Origin: Octopus vulgaris
Taxonomy: Eukaryota
Length of the DNA: 64,000 nt
Direction of reading: 5' to 3'
Assembly: GCA_951406725.2 (NCBI GenBank)
Contig: OX597830.1
Span: forward strand, 7,316,001-7,380,000
In this document: positions 58,780 through 64,000 of the stretch, one piece after another
Position numbering within the stretch: position 1 is the first letter of the stretch
Layout: every line of letters begins with the position of its first letter
Program-made: the position numbers and the translations under genes
Notes under the pieces: model-generated
Seen by the model: only the letters and a program-made list of their open reading frames with translations
What the model was told of the DNA's origin: nothing
Database searches by the model: none

Positions 58780-59395
58780 CTAGCAGCTAAGCCCGGTTTC
58801 ACCCGGTCTGTTTGGACGATGTGTCTACGATCGTTTTCGTTTCGGCATAATCTATAACGGTGTTTCTCAACCTTATCATTCGCGTCCCCCATGTCAGAAA
58901 ACAGCTTCAGGAGTTGTGAAGAAAGAATTTGTACATAGTCTGTTTCTGAGAGCTATTCTATTGAACCTCTTTCTAATCATTAAAACATTGATTTGAAATG
59001 GGTGTGTGTATGTCTGTTTGCGTGTATGTGTGTGTGTGTTGGGGGGGGGGGCTGTGTGCTTGCGAGTGTGTGTACGTGAGAGAGAAGAGCATAGCTAAGG
59101 TTTTGGCTGACTGTCATCCTGTGCACCCCTTGTTGGTAGCGAAATGGTATATGCCAGCTGTGTGAGCAACTGGTTGTTTGAATGGCGAAACAAACAGGGA
59201 AATTATATTAGAAAAGGTATTAATCGATTTTCTCGGTAAGTATGGGGGCTAAGAAAAAATAGAAACCGCATTCCAATCTATGCACCCATCTGCATATGTG
59301 TGCCATTTTTCACGCGGATCCACTGAGCCGTTTGGCTGTGAACCTCAAGACAAGAAAGAATACAACAATTGCCCATGTCCAATTTATATTATAGA
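58780..59395 (-). mobile_element. Non-autonomous Helitron
   Basis: Minus strand starts TCTATAATAT and ends with a GC-rich hairpin (CCGG-GTGAAA-CCGG) about 10 nt before a terminal CTAG followed by T. Internal GT microsatellite; no target-site duplication. Confidence 0.65.
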
Positions 59396-59397
59396 CG

Positions 59398-59445
<48 letters not shown>

Positions 59446-59458
59446 GTCCACCTTAATT

Positions 59459-60159
59459 ATATAAGGTGGGTAAATTGTTGGCATTTTACATTTTTAATTT
59501 CGCTCATGCGCATTGTTTGTCTTTGCTTTTGTCGACTACACAGTATCGTAGGGTCAGTTGGACACCGTCTGTGAGGAAAAAAAACCGCACTGTGAGACAA
59601 TTCACTATGACAGAAATTTGGAAACAACATACCGTACTGCTTGGATTTCGCACCAGAACCTCTAATACGAGCATTTCAGAGTGTTTCGGTGTCAAATGGT
59701 GTTTACGAAGGTATAGCAGCTCGGAAAACTCACTCTGATCGGTCTGATAAGAAAGGAACTCCTGAATTTGTTGGTGAGACAATTTCTGCGACCACATCAC
59801 CCCTAACATCTGGCCGCTTAACTTCTCAGACTGCAACTCCACTTGATTATGATGTGTGTGGTGCCGTTGAGCGAGAAACCAACAAACTTCCTTGTAACAC
59901 CAAAGATGAACTGAAGGCAAGGGTTATGGCAGCATTCACTAACTTGAACAAGGAGACCATCCAGAAGAGTTTCTAGAGATTCTGAAGTCGTCTGGAGGCC
60001 GCGGTTGGAGCAAATGGCGATTTTATTGAATAAATTTACTTTTTAGTATTTCAAGATACGTTTTATGTAATTTTGGTAAATACATCTCTAAATTGAGATA
60101 TCAGTGTTATTTTCACTTTTGCGTAATTTAGATGTCAGTTTATTCACCGCACCCTGTAA
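59459..60159 (+). mobile_element. Internally deleted Tc1/mariner (maT/DD37D-like) element
   Basis: Relic IWPLNFSDCNS/LDYDVCGAVERETN...ELKARV...SRLEAAVGANGDFIE* matches WPPNSPDLNPLDYxVW. Right terminus ...CACCGCACCCTGTA, with a decayed left terminus TATAAGGTGG. Confidence 0.75.
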
Positions 60160-61148
60160 TGTATGTATATATGTATATATATATATGCCTGCGTATGTGC
60201 GTGCATGTATATGTGTGTGTGTGCGCGCGCGCACGTGTGTGTGTGTGTGTGTCACTGAGATTGTATATTGGTACGTGATTATAGTTACTTGAGAATATCT
60301 TACTGTTTGTAATTGTCGTTGGTGATAGTGGAGGTGGTGTCCTGGCTGGTGGTGGCGAAATTTCTTGTAGTGCTAGTTTTGGTTATGTTTGTAGTGGTCA
60401 TCTTGGAGCGGGAAGTTTGTTCCCATACATTAACCTGGAAAACAATTCATTCCCAACTTTAAGAATCATAATGGCTTTTACTTCCGAAAGTCGCGAGAAA
60501 TTTGCAAAAAGTTTTAGCATCTGTGAGCTTTAATTTTCAGCAATGCTTCGAAACACGTCGATATTTGTCTGTGTGTCATTTTAGATTGAACTCGTGTCTG
60601 TCATTGCGTATGCGTCTCTGTGTGTTTCATTGCACCATGAATTTCAGTAGTTGGGGGTGGGGTGGGAGCGAGTGAGATAGGTCGGTAGATAACAGGCAAC
60701 AAGTACAATAAGGTGTAATTGAATGATAAAGAATTCTTGCCGTTTTCAACAACAATTCTTCAAGAAATTTCCACAAACCGAACACAAAATTCCATTTCCC
60801 TCCTTTATACACAAAAACGAAAATACACAGACTCACACACATTATGTAAGCGTGTGTGTGTGGGTGTGTGTGTTTAAATGTATGAAAACTACAGAAATAT
60901 ATTTAGGAAATTTCTCGTTTAAAACTAGTGTTAACGTAAATTCAATTGTATCGCCTTGAAATTATGGATGAAACTGCTTAATATACGTATATATACATGT
61001 GCATATATTTATATATCCATTATTTATGCGCGCGTGTGTGTGTGTGAGTGTGTATGTGCGTGTGTTTGCGTGTGTCTGTCCGTCCATACATATATCATGA
61101 CATGAACATATATATGTGCACATTATAAATAAATTCATAAGTACTCAT

Positions 61149-61185
<37 letters not shown>

Positions 61186-61687
61186 CACACATACATACAT
61201 ATACATATATATATATATATGTGTATATATATTCATATGCATATATATATTTATATATATATATCTTTATGCATATATATATATATATACACACACACAC
61301 ATATATATATATATACATACACACACATCTATCTGTCTATGTGTATATATATAAATATATATATATATGTATGTATGTACGTATGTATATACATACATGT
61401 ATGTTTGAGAAATGTAATTATAATGGATATGGTTTTGGTCTGAAAATCTAAAAGTTTTAACTTTCTAAAGTTTTCTAAGATTTTCTATTTAATTTAATTT
61501 TAGTTCTAATAGGAATAATTGGGAGTTGTTGCCGCGCTTAAGAACGGCTGATTGTAGTGATTTCATCCAATATTTCTTCAAACTTCATAAACATATACGA
61601 AATGATATTGCTGATCCGTTGTAGACACCATATCACATTTCCGGCCATCTGTTTATGTGGGTTTGTGTGAGGGGAGAATGAGAGCGG

Positions 61688-61770
<83 letters not shown>

Positions 61771-61860
61771 GGGGGGTACACAGAGATAGATAGATATGTA
61801 ATTAGATAGACAGACAGAAAAACAGGCAGAAACATAGACTGATAGATAGATAGATGGAGT

Positions 61861-61900
<40 letters not shown>

Positions 61901-62901
61901 GGGAGAGAGAGATAGGGTGGCAGAGAGTGTGGGAGGGAAAGAATGTGTGTATGTATGTGTGTGTGTGGTCTTTAAGGGTGTATATATGAAGGTACAGTTT
62001 CTGAAAATCATTTTAAACTACGGAGATAAACATTTCCTAGAGAATTATTCTGTGTGTTTGTGAATGTAAGATTTTGATATATTTCTGAATAAAGAGAACA
62101 GCATGAGAGAGAGAGAGAAAGAGAGAGAGAGAGAAAGAAAGAAAGAAAGAATGAAAGAATGAAAGAAAGAAAGAAAAAAGGAGAATGAGGTGACGATTAT
62201 TTCCTATCTGCCTGTGTATAACAGATGAAGAAATGTAAATATTCAAAGATAAATATATATCTGATGAGCTGCTACGCCATCAAAACGATAAATATACTCA
62301 AATGCATCTAGCCATCCATCATACATACATACACACATACACACACATACATAGATGCATACATAGAAACGTATGTATATGACTGTGTGCTTAGGAGTGT
62401 ATGCATCATAATCCTTTTGTGTACATATTGTAGTTTATAGATTTTGGGGTAGCGTGAACAAGCTAAAAGTCATATAATATTGGATATATATATATATATA
62501 TGCAGCGGAAAATTCTATATTAACACTTTCAATATTTCTCGGCTCTTGTCCATTATTGGGTCAATTTTAAAAGAAATTATCTGTGATTATCAAGAAAATG
62601 TCCTCCTACCTTTCCGATTTCGAAATCCACCATCAATGGACAATTTTGAAGTAAAATAATAACTTCTAGAATGAAACATCTTTGATCGAAAACATTCTTC
62701 AAACAGCAATTGAAGAAATCTGGAGAATTAATGGAACTGTGAAAGGTGTATATAATAAATAGAGACAAGAAGTCCCGCTGAAAAATAAATTTTTAATAAA
62801 TTCGACTCAACAATTTGTGTCTGTTCCCGTAGCAGTAAATGATATCTTTGTTTTAGCTTTTTTAAAATAATTCCAAGTTTCACACACACACATACACAAG
62901 C

Positions 62902-62984
<83 letters not shown>

Positions 62985-63299
62985 CAGACACACGCATTCC
63001 AAGGTGTTGATTTTGTAGTTCACAACTAATCATATTTTTGCTAAGGAATTTTTTTCCGAAATAATGTAATGTTAAACATTTTTCGTCTGTATTTATTTTA
63101 TTTTCAAATTCTTTGCCTCTATGTTGTATTTTATTGGTTCCTCTAAATAACAAATCGTGTAAGAATCAGGCCCTGTTCAGATCTTACTAAAAACAAGCGA
63201 ATTATTCAAGATGGCTTGTCCGAGAGATCTCGTATGAGATGTTAAATTTGAGAAAATATGAGACTAAGTTCACTTCATTGTTAAAAAAAAAGAAAGAAT

Positions 63300-63480
63300 A
63301 AGGCGGCGTGTTGGCAGTATCGTTACCGGTCCTAACAAAATGGCTAATGATATTTCGTCCGTCTTTATGTTCTGAGATCGAATCTCACCGAGGTCGACTT
63401 CGCCTTTCATCCTTTCGGGGGTTAATAAAATAAGTACCAGTCGAGTGATGGGGTCGATGCTATTGATTTGCCCCAGCCAT
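63300..63480 (+). mobile_element. tRNA-derived SINE, family A
   Basis: AAGGCGGCGTGTTGGCAG head and CCGAGGTCGACTTCGCCTTTCATCCTTTCGGGG...TAAGTACCAG central block. Confidence 0.85.
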
Positions 63481-64000
63481 AAATCTAGAATTTACTTATC
63501 TAGATTCTCATCACTTATAAAGACTTGTGAGTTCGTAACAAGTGAGTAAATTTATTTATTTGAATAAATTAGCAATAATCATATGATGGTATTGAACTTT
63601 CAGTCTGTGCACTTAAATTCATAGTCTGAGTTTAATCGGTCATAGTGTTTAGGTAAAGACAAGTTGTTTAGATATCACAAACATAAGGTTAAGAAAGGGC
63701 TACAGATAGCAGAGGTGCTTTATGGAAGTATCTGGAGAAATTGAGGAATAAAAGTAACAGGGTTGTAAATAATACAGGATAGTTACGTAGAGAAAAAAAA
63801 GATGAAAATGGGACAAAGAAAAAAGAAAGTAAAAGAAATGTAGCATTTCTTCACAGCAATAAGCCCCCACCCCCACGATAGCTTGTGGCCTGGAAACTGG
63901 GTTTTCTAGATATCTAATAAGTATCTACTCATGTAAGGACATTTTGAACAGATTTCATTTTTAGAGTTTAGCCATATATCATATCATGAAAGCTAAAACG

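Noticed and set aside
62261-62290. CTGATGAG...CAAAAC hammerhead-like string
   Set aside because: It lacks GAAA and convincing stems.

Overview
This is AT-rich, microsatellite-saturated animal DNA from an intron or intergenic region. The SINE repertoire and repeat landscape suggest an octopus or other coleoid cephalopod (inference). I can support no host protein-coding gene; nearly all ORFs in the track are translations of simple repeats. The main structured content is a set of restriction-like-endonuclease (RLE) non-LTR retrotransposons of the R4/Dong clade, all embedded in (AAT)n arrays with the same strand polarity. There is one near-full-length copy (51291-55255, minus strand; RT, CCHC, PD-(D/E)xK) and eight shorter pieces from several divergent subfamilies. 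A 556-bp non-coding element (28414-28969, plus two 5'-truncated copies) shares the same target, polarity and a predicted 3' RNA stem-loop with these LINEs, and looks like their non-autonomous partner. Its full copy lies between perfect ~635-bp and ~980-bp (ATT)n arrays. Also present are a Tx1/L1-type 3' fragment inside (GATA/GACA)n, an RTE fragment, three tRNA-derived SINE families, three Tc1/mariner relics, a non-autonomous Helitron, a fold-back element and several hammerhead-shaped motifs next to (TA)n. There is one candidate 63-bp host exon. Coordinates were read by eye, and the boundaries of decayed elements are approximate.
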